From Slackia isoflavoniconvertens (lineage in GTDB: Bacteria > Bacillota_I > Bacilli_A > RFN20 > CAG-826): a DNA stretch of 36,066 bases. Positions within the stretch are counted from its first letter, which is position 1, and each line of letters opens with the position of its first letter. A program made the position numbers and the translations under genes. Location of the stretch: assembly GCA_963618895.1 (NCBI GenBank), contig CAVEUG010000003.1, forward strand, positions 1 to 36,066, in the 5' to 3' direction. Shown in pieces: positions 1-10,883 of the stretch. The notes beneath the pieces are model-generated. The model was not told the origin of the DNA. It ran no database searches and saw only the letters and a program-made list of their open reading frames with translations.

Positions 1-41
1 AAAAAGCAAGGAAAAACATGTTGATTTTTTCTTGCTTTTTT
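1..41 (+). terminator. Rho-independent terminator-like hairpin of the upstream (off-window) gene
   Basis: AAAAAGCAAG (1-10) pairs perfectly with CTTGCTTTTT (31-40). An inner A5/T5 extension lengthens the stem, and a T-run follows. The window edge truncates the context. Confidence 0.55.
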
Positions 42-92
42 GATATTTTTATATAGCATATCGGAAAATGCGAGTTATATGTAATATAACTA

Positions 93-125
93 GGTGGAAG
101 AAGTTGCGAAACTTCACAAAACCAC
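93..125 (+). promoter_or_regulatory. Structured 5' leader element upstream of rplK (hairpin with GNRA tetraloop)
   Basis: GAAGTT-GCGA-AACTTC hairpin at 100-115 is flanked by GGTGG (93-97) and CCAC (122-125), directly upstream of the rplK SD (AGGAGG). The L11 operon is L1-autoregulated in other bacteria. No consensus comparison was possible here. Confidence 0.3.
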
Positions 126-149
126 TAATCACTATAGGAGGAAACGAAA

Positions 150-563
150 GTGAGTAAGAAAATCGCAAAAGTCGTTAAGATGGAATTACCTGGCGGCGAA
201 GCTAAACCAGGACCAAAACTTGCTAGTGCAGGCGTTGTCATGCCAAAGTTTTGTACAGATTTTAACGCAAAGACAGCTGATCGTAAGGGTCAAACTGTTC
301 CAGTAATTATCACTGCGTATGAAGACAAAACATACTCAATGGAAATTAAGACAACTCCAACTGCTGAATTAATTATGAAGGCTGTTGGTATTCAACAAGG
401 AAGTGCAAATCCAAAAACAACAAAAGTTGGAAAGATTACAAAGGCACAAATTAAGGAAATTGCAGAATATAAGATGCCAGATTTAAACGCTAATGATATC
501 GAAGCTGCAATGAAAACAATTGAAGGTTGTGCAGTTAATATGGGAGTCGAAGTTATCGACTAG
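150..563 (+). CDS. rplK: 50S ribosomal protein L11
   Basis: GTG start 8 nt after GGAGG. The protein matches L11 along its full length (KVVKMELPGG-AKPGP..., TPTAELI..., MPDLNAN). It sits in the conserved position before rplA. Confidence 0.96.
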   Translation: MSKKIAKVVKMELPGGEAKPGPKLASAGVVMPKFCTDFNAKTADRKGQTVPVIITAYEDKTYSMEIKTTPTAELIMKAVGIQQGSANPKTTKVGKITKAQIKEIAEYKMPDLNANDIEAAMKTIEGCAVNMGVEVID

Positions 564-576
564 TTGAGGTTAATTT

Positions 577-1263
577 ATGAAAAAATACGGTAAAAAATAT
601 CAAGAAGTTCTTAAGTTAATCGATACTAAGAAACTTTATTCCGTTCACGAAGCATGTGAACTCGTTAAGAAAACAAGCGTTACAAAATTTGAAAGTGGTG
701 TTGGTTTATCAATGCACTTAAATATCGATACAAGACAAGCTGATCAGCAAATTAGAGGAACTGTTGTTCTTCCACATGGTACTGGTAAAACTGTTAGAGT
801 TTGCGCCATTACTTCAAAAGTTGAAGATGCAAAAGCAGCCGGTGCTGATTATGCAGGTGGCAAAGAATTATTAGAAAAAGTCCTTGGTGGATGGTTTGAA
901 TTTGATGTCATGTGTGCTACCCCAGAAATGATGGGTGAAATTGGTAAAGCAGGCCGTGTCTTAGGCCCTAAAGGCTTAATGCCAAACCCAAAAGTTGGTA
1001 CAGTTGGTCCAGATGTTAAGAAAATGGTCAGCGAATTAAAAGCTGGTAAAGTTGAATATCGTGCTGATAAGGATGGAAATATTAACATTCTTGTTGGTAA
1101 AGTTGGATTCGATACTGAAAAGTTAGAAGAAAACATCAACACTATCATTAACCAAATCATTAAAGTTAGACCAAGTGCTGTTAAAGGTACATATATCTTC
1201 AATAGTTCAATCCATACAACTATGGGCCCAAGTGTCAAACTTGCAGTTAGTGATCAAAAATAG
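577..1263 (+). CDS. rplA: 50S ribosomal protein L1
   Basis: 228 aa with typical L1 motifs ([36 protein letters not shown]). GAGG SD. Synteny with rplK. Confidence 0.97.
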   Translation: MKKYGKKYQEVLKLIDTKKLYSVHEACELVKKTSVTKFESGVGLSMHLNIDTRQADQQIRGTVVLPHGTGKTVRVCAITSKVEDAKAAGADYAGGKELLEKVLGGWFEFDVMCATPEMMGEIGKAGRVLGPKGLMPNPKVGTVGPDVKKMVSELKAGKVEYRADKDGNINILVGKVGFDTEKLEENINTIINQIIKVRPSAVKGTYIFNSSIHTTMGPSVKLAVSDQK

Positions 1264-1399
1264 TTGTTTATTAAATTAGTTTAGTTGGCTTTATATACCA
1301 TAGACCGTAACGACACAGATTGTGTTTAATTATGTTACCGAGGTAGTTGTTATATCCTCATGTATATTAGCCCCTAATAAATAAAATAGGAGGTAAAGA
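1264..1399 (+). promoter_or_regulatory. Probable L10 (rplJ) leader RNA
   Basis: 136-nt untranslated spacer in the position of the Firmicute L10 leader. Nested stems are visible: ACACA-gat-TGTGT (about 1312-1325) enclosed by GTAAC/GTTAC. Assignment rests on position plus structure only. Confidence 0.45.
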
Positions 1400-1933
1400 A
1401 TGAACAAAGAAGTTTTAAAAGCGAAAACAGAAGTTGTTCAAGAGGTCTCTGAGAACGTTAAAGCGTCAAGTGCTTTCGTTGTTTGCGAATATGGCAAACT
1501 TACCGTTAAGGAAATCAGTGAACTTCGTAAGACTTTACGTAGTTTAGACGCAAAAGCAGTAGTCTATAAGAACACTCTTGTCACCCGTGCTGTTGGTGAT
1601 GAATATGGAGAAGATCTTAAAGGATTATTAACTGGCTCTAACATGTACTTTTTCTGTAAAGATGGTACAAATGGCAGTTTAAAAGCTATTCGTAAATTCT
1701 CAAAACAAAACGAAGGATTAAAGATTAAAGGCGGTTTACTCGATGGAAAATTCGCAACTGGTGAATACATCAGTGAAGTTGCTCAATTACCATCAAAAGA
1801 AGGACTTGTTTCTATGTTATTAAGCGTATTACAAGCTCCAATGAGAAATCTTGCATACTCTCTTAGCGAAGTCGCTAAAAAAGTTCCAGCTTCAAGTGCA
1901 GAAGCACCAAAGGCTGAAACAAGTGCAAACTAA
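1400..1933 (+). CDS. rplJ: 50S ribosomal protein L10
   Basis: 177 aa with L10-like sequence. Strong SD (AGGAGG). Directly precedes rplL. Confidence 0.95.
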   Translation: MNKEVLKAKTEVVQEVSENVKASSAFVVCEYGKLTVKEISELRKTLRSLDAKAVVYKNTLVTRAVGDEYGEDLKGLLTGSNMYFFCKDGTNGSLKAIRKFSKQNEGLKIKGGLLDGKFATGEYISEVAQLPSKEGLVSMLLSVLQAPMRNLAYSLSEVAKKVPASSAEAPKAETSAN

Positions 1934-1987
1934 TAATTTGCAAAAAAGTTAATTACATTATAAGAAATATAAACGGAGGAAAATAAA

Positions 1988-2362
1988 ATGGCAAAATTAA
2001 CAAAAGAAGAAATCATTTCTGCAGTTGAAGAAATGAGTGTTGTTGAATTAAATGAATTAGTTAAAGCAATCGAAGAAAAATTCGGTGTTTCAGCTGCTGC
2101 TCCAGTTGGTGGCGTTGCTGCTCCTGCTGAAGAAGAAGCAAAGAAAGGACCAAGCGAAGTCAGCTTAATCTTAAAATCAGCTGGTGATAAGAAAGTTGCT
2201 GTTATCAAAGCAGTTCAAGCTATCACTGGTTTAGGTTTAATGGATGCTAAGAAATTAGTTGATGCTGCTCCAAGCCCAGTCAAAGAACACATTTCACCTG
2301 TCGAAGCTGAAGAACACAAGAAAGCTTTAGTTGAAGCTGGTGCTGAAGTCGAAATTAAATAG
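1988..2362 (+). CDS. rplL: 50S ribosomal protein L7/L12
   Basis: 124 aa with an N-terminal dimerisation helix, an Ala/Pro/Glu hinge ([15 protein letters not shown]) and a C-terminal domain ([18 protein letters not shown]). Confidence 0.97.
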   Translation: MAKLTKEEIISAVEEMSVVELNELVKAIEEKFGVSAAAPVGGVAAPAEEEAKKGPSEVSLILKSAGDKKVAVIKAVQAITGLGLMDAKKLVDAAPSPVKEHISPVEAEEHKKALVEAGAEVEIK

Positions 2363-2380
2363 TTTTTTCGAAAAATTTTA

Positions 2381-2416
2381 ACCTGCCTTACCCATTAGGG
2401 GTAGTGGCAGGTTTTT
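2381..2416 (+). terminator. rplL-rpoB intercistronic terminator/attenuator hairpin
   Basis: ACCTGCC (2381-2387) pairs with GGCAGGT (2406-2412). An inner CCC/GGG stem is present, followed by TTTTT (2412-2416). A partial terminator between rplL and rpoB is classical in E. coli. Confidence 0.7.
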
Positions 2417-2436
2417 GCCTATTATTAAGGAGGGGT

Positions 2437-3027
2437 ATGAGTCATTATTTTTTACACGATGAAGGATTAAAAAATAACGAATACGACGTTAATTTTTCAT
2501 TTAACGAACATAATTTTCATCTAGTAAGCAATAATGGCGTTTTTAGTAAAAAGAGAATTGATGAGGGATCCTTTATACTTATTAATTCACTTTTATCCCA
2601 AAAAATAGAAGGCAATGTCTTAGATTTAGGATGTGGTTATGGACCAGTTGGCATAACACTCAAGTATTTCTTTAGAAATATAAATTTAGTTATGAGTGAT
2701 GTGAATTCTAGTTGTATTGAACTAGCCTTAAAAAATTCACAGATGAACAGTATTGATGCAAGAGTGATTTTATCCGATGGTTTTAATAGCCTAGAAGATA
2801 GTTTTGATTGGATAGTTTTTAATCCACCAATAAGAATTGGCAAAGAAAAGCTATTTAATATATATAAGGATGCATATTTGCATTTAAATCAAAACGGGAA
2901 ATTCGTAATTGTTATACGTAAAGATAAGGGAGCTCTGTCTCACGCTAACTATCTTGAAACTTTGTTTAAAAGTGTCGATTTAGTTGAGAGAAAAAGTGGA
3001 TATTATGTATATATTATGAATAAGTAA
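2437..3027 (+). CDS. ybxB: Class I SAM-dependent (RsmC/ybxB-like) RNA methyltransferase
   Basis: Motif I VLDLGCGYGPVG and an NPP catalytic motif (FNPPIR). Same position between rplL and rpoB as B. subtilis ybxB. Start moved to ATG 2437 (AAGGAGG SD) because the ORF-track GTG at 2404 lies inside the terminator hairpin. Confidence 0.85.
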   Translation: MSHYFLHDEGLKNNEYDVNFSFNEHNFHLVSNNGVFSKKRIDEGSFILINSLLSQKIEGNVLDLGCGYGPVGITLKYFFRNINLVMSDVNSSCIELALKNSQMNSIDARVILSDGFNSLEDSFDWIVFNPPIRIGKEKLFNIYKDAYLHLNQNGKFVIVIRKDKGALSHANYLETLFKSVDLVERKSGYYVYIMNK

Positions 3028-3051
3028 TTTGTTTAAAAAGGAGCGAGATAA

Positions 3052-6000
3052 ATGATATCTTATAAAGATTATCCAAAAATTAATAACGATCGTATTAATT
3101 TTTCAAAGATTAGTGGTAAATTACCTTTACCTTACCTTGTCGAAATTCAAACTGAATCCTATAAGAGCTTTTTAAGCAATGGTATTGATGAAGTTTTAAA
3201 AGATGTTTTTCCAATTAAAAACTATGCGGAAACTCTTTCAATTAACTATAGATCTTTCCATTTAGAGAAACCTAAGTATACGTTTGAAGAATGTAAGAAA
3301 AGGGATTTAACATATAGTGCTCCACTTAAAGTGACACTTTCACTTGAAGATAGTCAATCAGGTGAAGTTAAAGAATCTGAAGTTTTCATGGGCGATGTCC
3401 CTATCATGACTGATTCTGGTACCTTTATTGTTAATGGTGCAGAAAGAGTCATTGTTAGTCAAATTGTTCGTTCCCCAGGTGCTTATTTAAGTAAGACAAG
3501 TGATATTAAATCAGGTAAAGCAATTTATGAAGCTGATTTAATTCCAACTAGAGGAACTTGGTTACAATTTGAAAGCGATGCTAAAGACTTTTTGTGGGTT
3601 AGAATTGATAGACAAAGAAAAATGCCTGCTACAGTTATTTTAAAGGCTTTAGGTTTTGCTAATGAAAACGATATTATAAGTCTTTTTGGCGATAGAGAAA
3701 GCATTAGAAATTCATTATCAAAAGATACTGAAATTAAATCATCTTTAAACGCTTTAAAAGAAATTTTTAGAAAGTTAAAACCTGGCGAACCAATTACTGA
3801 TGATGGTGTCCATACTTTCTTATATCAAAAATTCTTTGATGCAAAGCGTTATGATTTAGGAAGAGCTGGTAGATTTAAGTATGCTAATAAATTAGGTATT
3901 TACAATCGTTTACCAGGTCGTATTTTGGCTGAAAATTTAACTGATGAAAACGGTGAAGTTAAATATAAGAAAGGCACTTTACTTACTAAAGAAATGGTTG
4001 ATGCCTTAAAAGATGATGAATTCTTTGAAAAAGGTGCTCATACTCTTGAATTACAAGTTAATACTAAACTTGATGATCATAGTAGAGTTAATTTAGTTAA
4101 AGTTTATGCTGATGAAAAGCGCGAAAAAGAATGTAATGTTATCGGAACCGATCTTAATTTAACAGTTGCAAGAGTCACAATTAGTGATATTGTTGCAATT
4201 TTCTCATACTTTATTAATTTAATGGATGGATTTGGTGATGTTGATGATATCGATCACTTAAGCAATCGTAGAATTCGTTGCGTTGGTGAACTTATTCAAA
4301 CTCAATTCAGAATTGGTCTTACTAAAATGGCGAAAAACGTTCAACAAAGAATGTCAACAACTGCTGGTATGGAAGTTAAGGAATTAACTCCACAATCATT
4401 AGTTAATGTTAGACCTGTAAATACTGCTATTCGTGAATTCTTTGCAAGTTCACAATTATCACAATTTATGGATCAAACTAACCCTCTTGCTGAACTTGCA
4501 AATAAACGTAGAATTTCAGCTTTAGGTCCTGGTGGTCTTACTCGTGATAGAGCAAGTATGGAAGTTCGTGATGTTCACTTTACTCACTATGGACGTATTT
4601 GTCCTATTGAAACACCTGAAGGTCAAAACATTGGTTTAATTAATAACCTTGCTACATATGCTAAAGTTGATCAATATGGTTTTATTAAGACTCCTTATAG
4701 AGTTATCGATAAGAAGACCGGAAAGATTTTAGAAGATACAATCTATCTTTCTGCTGATGAAGAAAATAACCACGTTATTGCTCAAGCAACTCGTGATGAT
4801 ATTAAAAATGGCGAATTAAATGGCGATAGAATCGTTGCTCGTTATAATGGAAAGAACGTTTTAGCTGAAAGAGAATATGTTGATTTTATTGATGAATCTC
4901 CAATGCAAATTGTTTCTGTTGCTGCTGCTTGTATTCCATTCCTTGAAAACGATGATAACACCCGTGCTCTTATGGGTGCTAACATGCAACGTCAAGCTTT
5001 ACCATTACTTAGACCACATGCTCCATTTGTTGGAACAGGTCTTGAACATACTATTGCTCACGATTGTGGTTTAGCTTTAATTGCAGCTGGCGATGGAACT
5101 GTTACTTATAAAGATGCAAAAACCATCAAAGTTCAAGAAAAGGATGGTGAAAGAACTTATGTTTTAACAAAGTTTGAAGGTAGTAACCAAGGTACATGTA
5201 TTAACCAAACTCCAATTGTTAAAAAAGGAGATAAAGTTAAGAAAGGACAAATCATTGCTGATGGTCCAAGTATGGAAAATGGTGACTTAGCCTTAGGTCA
5301 AAACGTAACAATTGCATTCATGACTTTTGAAGGTTACAACTATGAAGATGCCGTTATTATGTCAGATAGACTTGTTAAAGATGATGTTTATACAACTCTT
5401 CATATTGAATCTTATGAAGTTGAATGTAGAAATACAAAAAACGGTGAAGAATTAATTACCCCAGATGTTCCAAATACTTCATTAGAAGCAAAATCACATC
5501 TCGATTCTCGTGGTATTGTTCTTCCAGGAACTGATGTTAAAGAAGGAGATATTTTAGTTGGTAAAGTCACTCCACGTGGTGCAACTGAACCATCTCCAGA
5601 TCAAAAATTATTAGATGCTATCTTTGGTGATAAATCAAAAGATGGTAAAGATACTTCACTCCGTGTCCCACATGGTGGTGCAGGAACTGTCTTAGATATT
5701 AAAGTTTTCACTAGAGCTGATGGTGATGAACTTGCTCCAGATGTCAATATGAAAGTTAGAGTTTATATTGTTCAAAAGAGAAAGATAAGTGAAGGTGATA
5801 AGATGTCCGGAAGACATGGTAACAAGGGTGTTATTTCAAAGATTTTACCTGCTTGTGATATGCCATTCTTACCAGATGGAACCCCAGTTGATATCTTATT
5901 AAACCCACAAGGTGTTCCTTCACGTATGAATATTGGTCAAGTTCTTGAAGTCCACTTAGGTATGGCATGTAAGAAACTTGGCGGATTAAAAGTTGCAACT

Positions 6001-6684
6001 CCAGTTTTCGATGGAATTTCTAATGAAGAAATTTTAAGCATGATGGATGAAGCAAAGATGCCAAAAGATGGTAAATACACCTTAATTGATGGTAGAACTG
6101 GCGAAAGATTTGATAGCCGTATCAATGTTGGTGTTATGTATATGATTAAACTTGTCCACATGGTTGATGATAAATTACACGCACGTGCAACTGGACCATA
6201 CGCAATGGTTACACAACAACCTTTAGGTGGTAAGGCACAAAATGGTGGTCAAAGATTTGGTGAAATGGAAGTTTGGGCCCTTGAAGCTTATGGCGCAGCC
6301 TACACTTTACAAGAAATGATGACCATTAAATCAGATGATAGGGTTGGTAGAAAGAGAGCTTACGAAGCAATTGTTAAAGGTCAAAATTTACCAAAACCAT
6401 CGATTCCAGAAGCTTTCAAAGTTTTCACAAAAGAACTTATGGGCTTATCAATGAATGTCGAACTTAAAGATAAAGAAGGCAAGATCATTGATATGGATGA
6501 TTTAGCAAGACAAACACAAAAAGAAGAACAACGTTCTATGCGTTCACTTCGTAATTTAGGTACAAACGAAAATCAACTTGAAAAAGAATCTAGCGAAGAA
6601 GAAGTTGAAGAAGTAGTTGAAGAACCTCAAATTGAAAAAGTAGAAGTGAGTGATCAAGAAACTGTTGATGAATTATTAGGATAG
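3052..6684 (+). CDS. rpoB: DNA-directed RNA polymerase subunit beta
   Basis: 1210 aa with unmistakable beta motifs (RRIRCVGEL, GPGGLTRDRA, NMQRQA, GRHGNKGV, GEMEVWALEAYGAAY). Confidence 0.99.
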   Translation: MISYKDYPKINNDRINFSKISGKLPLPYLVEIQTESYKSFLSNGIDEVLKDVFPIKNYAETLSINYRSFHLEKPKYTFEECKKRDLTYSAPLKVTLSLEDSQSGEVKESEVFMGDVPIMTDSGTFIVNGAERVIVSQIVRSPGAYLSKTSDIKSGKAIYEADLIPTRGTWLQFESDAKDFLWVRIDRQRKMPATVILKALGFANENDIISLFGDRESIRNSLSKDTEIKSSLNALKEIFRKLKPGEPITDDGVHTFLYQKFFDAKRYDLGRAGRFKYANKLGIYNRLPGRILAENLTDENGEVKYKKGTLLTKEMVDALKDDEFFEKGAHTLELQVNTKLDDHSRVNLVKVYADEKREKECNVIGTDLNLTVARVTISDIVAIFSYFINLMDGFGDVDDIDHLSNRRIRCVGELIQTQFRIGLTKMAKNVQQRMSTTAGMEVKELTPQSLVNVRPVNTAIREFFASSQLSQFMDQTNPLAELANKRRISALGPGGLTRDRASMEVRDVHFTHYGRICPIETPEGQNIGLINNLATYAKVDQYGFIKTPYRVIDKKTGKILEDTIYLSADEENNHVIAQATRDDIKNGELNGDRIVARYNGKNVLAEREYVDFIDESPMQIVSVAAACIPFLENDDNTRALMGANMQRQALPLLRPHAPFVGTGLEHTIAHDCGLALIAAGDGTVTYKDAKTIKVQEKDGERTYVLTKFEGSNQGTCINQTPIVKKGDKVKKGQIIADGPSMENGDLALGQNVTIAFMTFEGYNYEDAVIMSDRLVKDDVYTTLHIESYEVECRNTKNGEELITPDVPNTSLEAKSHLDSRGIVLPGTDVKEGDILVGKVTPRGATEPSPDQKLLDAIFGDKSKDGKDTSLRVPHGGAGTVLDIKVFTRADGDELAPDVNMKVRVYIVQKRKISEGDKMSGRHGNKGVISKILPACDMPFLPDGTPVDILLNPQGVPSRMNIGQVLEVHLGMACKKLGGLKVATPVFDGISNEEILSMMDEAKMPKDGKYTLIDGRTGERFDSRINVGVMYMIKLVHMVDDKLHARATGPYAMVTQQPLGGKAQNGGQRFGEMEVWALEAYGAAYTLQEMMTIKSDDRVGRKRAYEAIVKGQNLPKPSIPEAFKVFTKELMGLSMNVELKDKEGKIIDMDDLARQTQKEEQRSMRSLRNLGTNENQLEKESSEEEVEEVVEEPQIEKVEVSDQETVDELLG

Positions 6685-6695
6685 GAGGATGACAT

Positions 6696-9600
6696 ATGTT
6701 TGATGTAAATAATTTAGCTAGTATAAAAGTCGGACTTGCATCTCCTGAAAAAATAAGAGAATGGAGTCATGGTGAAGTTACAAAACCAGAGACTATAAAC
6801 TATCGTTCACAAAAACCAGAAATGGATGGCTTGTTCTGTGAAAAGATATTTGGTCCTTCAAAAGATTATGAATGTCATTGTGGAAAATATAAAAAAGTTA
6901 GATATGCTGGTGTTGTTTGTGAAAAATGTGGTGTTGAAGTTATTTCAAAAGATGTCCGTAGAGAACGTATGGGTCACATCGAACTTGCAACTCCATGTTC
7001 ACATATTTGGTATTTGAAGGGCATTCCTTCAAGAATGGGTTTAGTTCTTGATATTGCTCCAAAACAACTCGAAGAAGTCGTTTATTTTACTGCTCATATT
7101 TGTATGAATCCAGGTACATCTAAAGTTTTATATTATAAAGAATTCTTAGATGATAATGTTGGAAGAGAAGTTTTTACAACTGCTATTAAAGAAATCCAAG
7201 AAAATTTATCTAATCAAGATTTAGGTGAATCAGTTGATTTTGCAAAAGCTCAAGAATTACTTGCTCACCTTGAAAATAAGGCTGAACCATTCGATTTCTT
7301 TGGATGCGCCGAATATATTACAGATCATACTGGAGCCGAATTTGGCGAAGGTGCTGAAGCAATTAAAAAATTACTTCATGAAGTCGATTTACAAAAAGAA
7401 TTTGATGATGTTAGCAAAGATATTAAAGGTGCAAAAGGTCAAAAACTTACCAAACTCACTAAGAGACTTGAAGTTTTAGATGCTTTCATTAAGTCTGGAA
7501 ATAAACCAGAATGGATGATTTTAGATGCACTTCCAGTCATACCACCAGATCTTAGACCAATGCTTCAACTTGATGGTGGTAGATTTGCTGCAAGTGATTT
7601 AAATGACTTATATAGACGTGTTATTTCACGTAATAATCGTTTAAAGAGATTAATTGAAATGAATGCTCCATATGTTATTTTAATGAATGAAAAACGTATG
7701 GTTCAAGAAGCTGTTGATGCTTTAATTGATAATGGACGTCGTAATGGAAAACCTGTTACTGGTCCATCAGGAAGAGCTTTAAAATCATTAAGTGGTGGTT
7801 TAAAAGGTAAACAAGGTAGATTTAGACAAAACTTACTTGGAAAACGTGTTGATTATTCTGGCCGTTCAGTTATTGCAATTGGACCAAGTTTAAAGATGTA
7901 TCAATGTGGTCTTCCACGTGAAATGGCTATCAATTTACTTAGACCATTTATTGCTGCTATTTTAATTAAAGAAGGGAAGTGTACTTTACACCGTCAAGCT
8001 GACAAGAAGATTGATGCAAAAGATGAAGATGTTTATGATGTTGTTGAAAAGATTATTTCTCAACACCCAGTCTTACTTAACCGTGCACCTACACTTCATA
8101 GACTTGGTATTCAAGCTTTCCAACCAATCTTAGTTGATGGTAGAGCAATCCGTTTACATCCACTTGTTTGTACCGGATTTAACGCTGATTTCGATGGTGA
8201 CCAAATGGCTGTCCACCTTCCAATTTCAAAGGCTGCTCAAGAAGAAGCTTTACACTTAATGCTTGCAAGTAATAACATTCTTGCACCAAAAGATGGAAAA
8301 CCAATTGTTACTCCATCTCAAGATATTCTTATTGGTAACTACTATTTAACAATCGAAGAATCTGCAAAAGATTTCTTAGATGAAGCCAAGAAATATAAAG
8401 CTTTAGGTGATGAAGAAATGTACGATCAATACGTTGCTTACAGTAAAATGGAAGGCAAAGTATTTAGAGATATTAACGAAGTTTATAAGGCTTATGATTT
8501 GAAGAAGATTCACTTACATACTCGTATTGCAATTCCAGGAAGAGAAATGAAAAAATCTGGATTTACAGATGAGATGAAAGAAAGTTATTTAATTACTACT
8601 GTTGGTAAGATGATTTTCAATTTAGTTTTCCCAGCAGATTTCCCATATTTAAATTCAACAAGTCCTGAGAACTTAAAAGATGATCAAATGAGATTCTTTG
8701 TTAAAAAAGGAACAGATATTGCTGAATATATCAAGAAACAACCTTTAAATTCTCCAACAAAGAAGAAAGATATTACTAATATTATTGATGAAGTCTTCCA
8801 TAGATATGGAACTCAAAAAACATCTGCTATTCTTGATAAATTAAAGGATAACGGATTTAGATTCTCAACAATTAGTGGTTTAACAATCGCAATTAGTGAT
8901 ATTAACGTTTTAGATCAAAAGAAAGATGTTATTAATTCTTCTGATTCTGAAGTCGAAAAAGTTGAAGTTTTATATAGAAGAGGTTATTTAACAGATAAGG
9001 AAAGACACGAAAAGGTCGTTTCGATTTGGACAAAATGTACAAATAAAATCGCTGATTCTGTTGCTGATGCCTTAAATAAAGATAAGCACAATCCATTATT
9101 TATCATGAGTGATAGTGGTGCTCGTGGTAGTAAATCTAACTTTACTCAATTAATGGGTATGCGTGGACTTATGGGTTCAACATCAGGTGAAACTATTGAA
9201 ATTCCTGTTAAATCTTGCTTCCGTGAAGGTTTAAACGTTGCAGAATTCTTTACTGGTACTCACGGTGCTCGTAAGGGTGGTGCTGATACCGCTTTAAAGA
9301 CTGCTGACTCAGGATATTTAACTCGTCGTTTAGTCGATGTCTCTCAAGACGTTATTATTAGAGAAGAAGATTGCCATACTGATCATGGTTCATTCGTATG
9401 TGATATTTACGATACAACACAAAATAGTTTAATCGTTTCACTCTATGATCGTTTAGTTGGTAGATTCTCATGCCACGACATTATTGATCCAAATAGTGGA
9501 GAAATTATTGTTGAAGGCAATACATTAATTGATGAAGTGTTAGCAAAGAAGATTGTTGATGCTGGAATAAAAAAAGTTGAAATTAGATCATTATTTGGTT

Positions 9601-10643
9601 GTCAAACTAAAGATGGTGTTTGCGTCCATTGTTATGGTCGTAACTTAGCTACTGGAAAACTTGTTCAAGTTGGTCAAGCAGTTGGTATTATGGCTGCTCA
9701 ATCAATTGGTGAACCAGGTACTCAATTAACCATGCGTACATTCCACTCTGGTGGTGTTGCTGGTGGTGATATTACTCAAGGTCTTCCACGTGTCCAAGAA
9801 CTTTTTGAAGCTCGTACTCCAAAAGGCGAAGCTACAATCTCAGAAATTTCAGGTGTTGTTAGTGAAATTGTTGAAAAAGAAGGTGTTTCTACAATTACTA
9901 TTCAAAATGAACTTGAAGAGAAAACCTATGAAACCAACTTTGGTGCAAGGGTTAGAGTTAAAAAAGGAGACCAAATCTCCAATGGTGATATGTTAACTGA
10001 AGGTGCAATTAAGCCTTCTAAATTACTTGAAGTTAGTGATGTTTCACATGTTCAACAATATATCATTAAAGAAGTTCAAAAAGTTTATCGTAGCCAAGGT
10101 ATTGGAATTTCTGATAAACACATTGAAGTTATTGTTAGACAAATGCTTCGTAAGATGGTTGTTATCGATAAAGGTGATACAGATTTAATTACTGGAACCC
10201 GTGTTTCATTAAATGCTTTCAATGAAGCAAATGAAAAAGTCTTACTCGAAGGAAAACGTCCAGCAGTTGCTACCCCATTGATTTTAGGTATTACTAAAGC
10301 TGCTCTTGAAACTGATAGTTTCTTAAGTGCTGCATCATTCCAAGAAACAACTCGTGTTCTTACAGATGCTGCAATTAAAGGCAAGACTGATCCTCTCCAT
10401 GGTTTAAAAGAAAATGTTATTACTGGTAAATTAATTCCAGCTGGTAATGGCTTGAAGACAGATCAAGAAGAAAGAGAAATCTTAAAGAACTTCGATGTCT
10501 TAGATACTATGAAGGATGTTAAGAAACAATATATTGGTATTCATGATAGTGAACACTCACTTGACGACGATAATGCTCAATATCGTGATGAAGAAAGTTT
10601 AATGACTGAAGATCAATATAATTACGCTCACAATAATCAATAA
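6696..10643 (+). CDS. rpoC: DNA-directed RNA polymerase subunit beta'
   Basis: 1315 aa with an N-terminal zinc-binding Cys cluster, the [12 protein letters not shown] catalytic motif, and bridge-helix and trigger-loop regions. Confidence 0.99.
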   Translation: MFDVNNLASIKVGLASPEKIREWSHGEVTKPETINYRSQKPEMDGLFCEKIFGPSKDYECHCGKYKKVRYAGVVCEKCGVEVISKDVRRERMGHIELATPCSHIWYLKGIPSRMGLVLDIAPKQLEEVVYFTAHICMNPGTSKVLYYKEFLDDNVGREVFTTAIKEIQENLSNQDLGESVDFAKAQELLAHLENKAEPFDFFGCAEYITDHTGAEFGEGAEAIKKLLHEVDLQKEFDDVSKDIKGAKGQKLTKLTKRLEVLDAFIKSGNKPEWMILDALPVIPPDLRPMLQLDGGRFAASDLNDLYRRVISRNNRLKRLIEMNAPYVILMNEKRMVQEAVDALIDNGRRNGKPVTGPSGRALKSLSGGLKGKQGRFRQNLLGKRVDYSGRSVIAIGPSLKMYQCGLPREMAINLLRPFIAAILIKEGKCTLHRQADKKIDAKDEDVYDVVEKIISQHPVLLNRAPTLHRLGIQAFQPILVDGRAIRLHPLVCTGFNADFDGDQMAVHLPISKAAQEEALHLMLASNNILAPKDGKPIVTPSQDILIGNYYLTIEESAKDFLDEAKKYKALGDEEMYDQYVAYSKMEGKVFRDINEVYKAYDLKKIHLHTRIAIPGREMKKSGFTDEMKESYLITTVGKMIFNLVFPADFPYLNSTSPENLKDDQMRFFVKKGTDIAEYIKKQPLNSPTKKKDITNIIDEVFHRYGTQKTSAILDKLKDNGFRFSTISGLTIAISDINVLDQKKDVINSSDSEVEKVEVLYRRGYLTDKERHEKVVSIWTKCTNKIADSVADALNKDKHNPLFIMSDSGARGSKSNFTQLMGMRGLMGSTSGETIEIPVKSCFREGLNVAEFFTGTHGARKGGADTALKTADSGYLTRRLVDVSQDVIIREEDCHTDHGSFVCDIYDTTQNSLIVSLYDRLVGRFSCHDIIDPNSGEIIVEGNTLIDEVLAKKIVDAGIKKVEIRSLFGCQTKDGVCVHCYGRNLATGKLVQVGQAVGIMAAQSIGEPGTQLTMRTFHSGGVAGGDITQGLPRVQELFEARTPKGEATISEISGVVSEIVEKEGVSTITIQNELEEKTYETNFGARVRVKKGDQISNGDMLTEGAIKPSKLLEVSDVSHVQQYIIKEVQKVYRSQGIGISDKHIEVIVRQMLRKMVVIDKGDTDLITGTRVSLNAFNEANEKVLLEGKRPAVATPLILGITKAALETDSFLSAASFQETTRVLTDAAIKGKTDPLHGLKENVITGKLIPAGNGLKTDQEEREILKNFDVLDTMKDVKKQYIGIHDSEHSLDDDNAQYRDEESLMTEDQYNYAHNNQ

Positions 10644-10654
10644 ATGATGCAAAA

Positions 10655-10682
10655 AGCCCAAGGATGAAAGTTCTTGGGCTTT
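10655..10682 (+). terminator. Terminator-like hairpin after rpoC
   Basis: AGCCCAAG (10655-10662) pairs with CTTGGGCT (10673-10680). The trailing T tract is short (TT). Confidence 0.5.
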
Positions 10683-10883
10683 AAGTAAAAAATAGCGACT
10701 GGAGAATTAAAAATCATTCGTGAAATTGGTTATTTCAGATGTGGTAAATTATGTGTCACAAATGAACCTAAAAAACTTATAAAATGAAAGACAGTCTCAC
10801 AAATGATTTTTATATGATAAATGCGATGTTTTACTAAAAATGGTTCACTGATATCGTTGTCATAAAAAATATTCATTTTTTTG

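Noticed and set aside
849-2208. Antisense ORFs inside rplA, rplJ and rplL (849-1238, 1564-1770, 1930-2208, all on the minus strand).
   Set aside because: They are fully embedded opposite highly conserved ribosomal protein genes. They have low-complexity S/P/L-rich translations and no SD. These are typical shadow ORFs.
2404-2436. The ORF-track N-terminal extension of the methyltransferase (MAGFCLLLRRG, GTG start at 2404).
   Set aside because: The GTG lies inside the 3' arm of the rplL terminator hairpin and has no SD. ATG 2437 follows AAGGAGG at the correct spacing.
2637-10384. Short internal or antisense ORFs within the methyltransferase, rpoB and rpoC (2637-2843, 4877-5074, 5937-6161, 6826-7017, 7225-7479, 9751-9996, 10003-10188, 10085-10384).
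   Set aside because: They overlap RNAP subunit or methyltransferase coding sequence in alternative frames. Their L/K/V-rich translations are typical of off-frame AT-rich coding DNA, and none has an SD.
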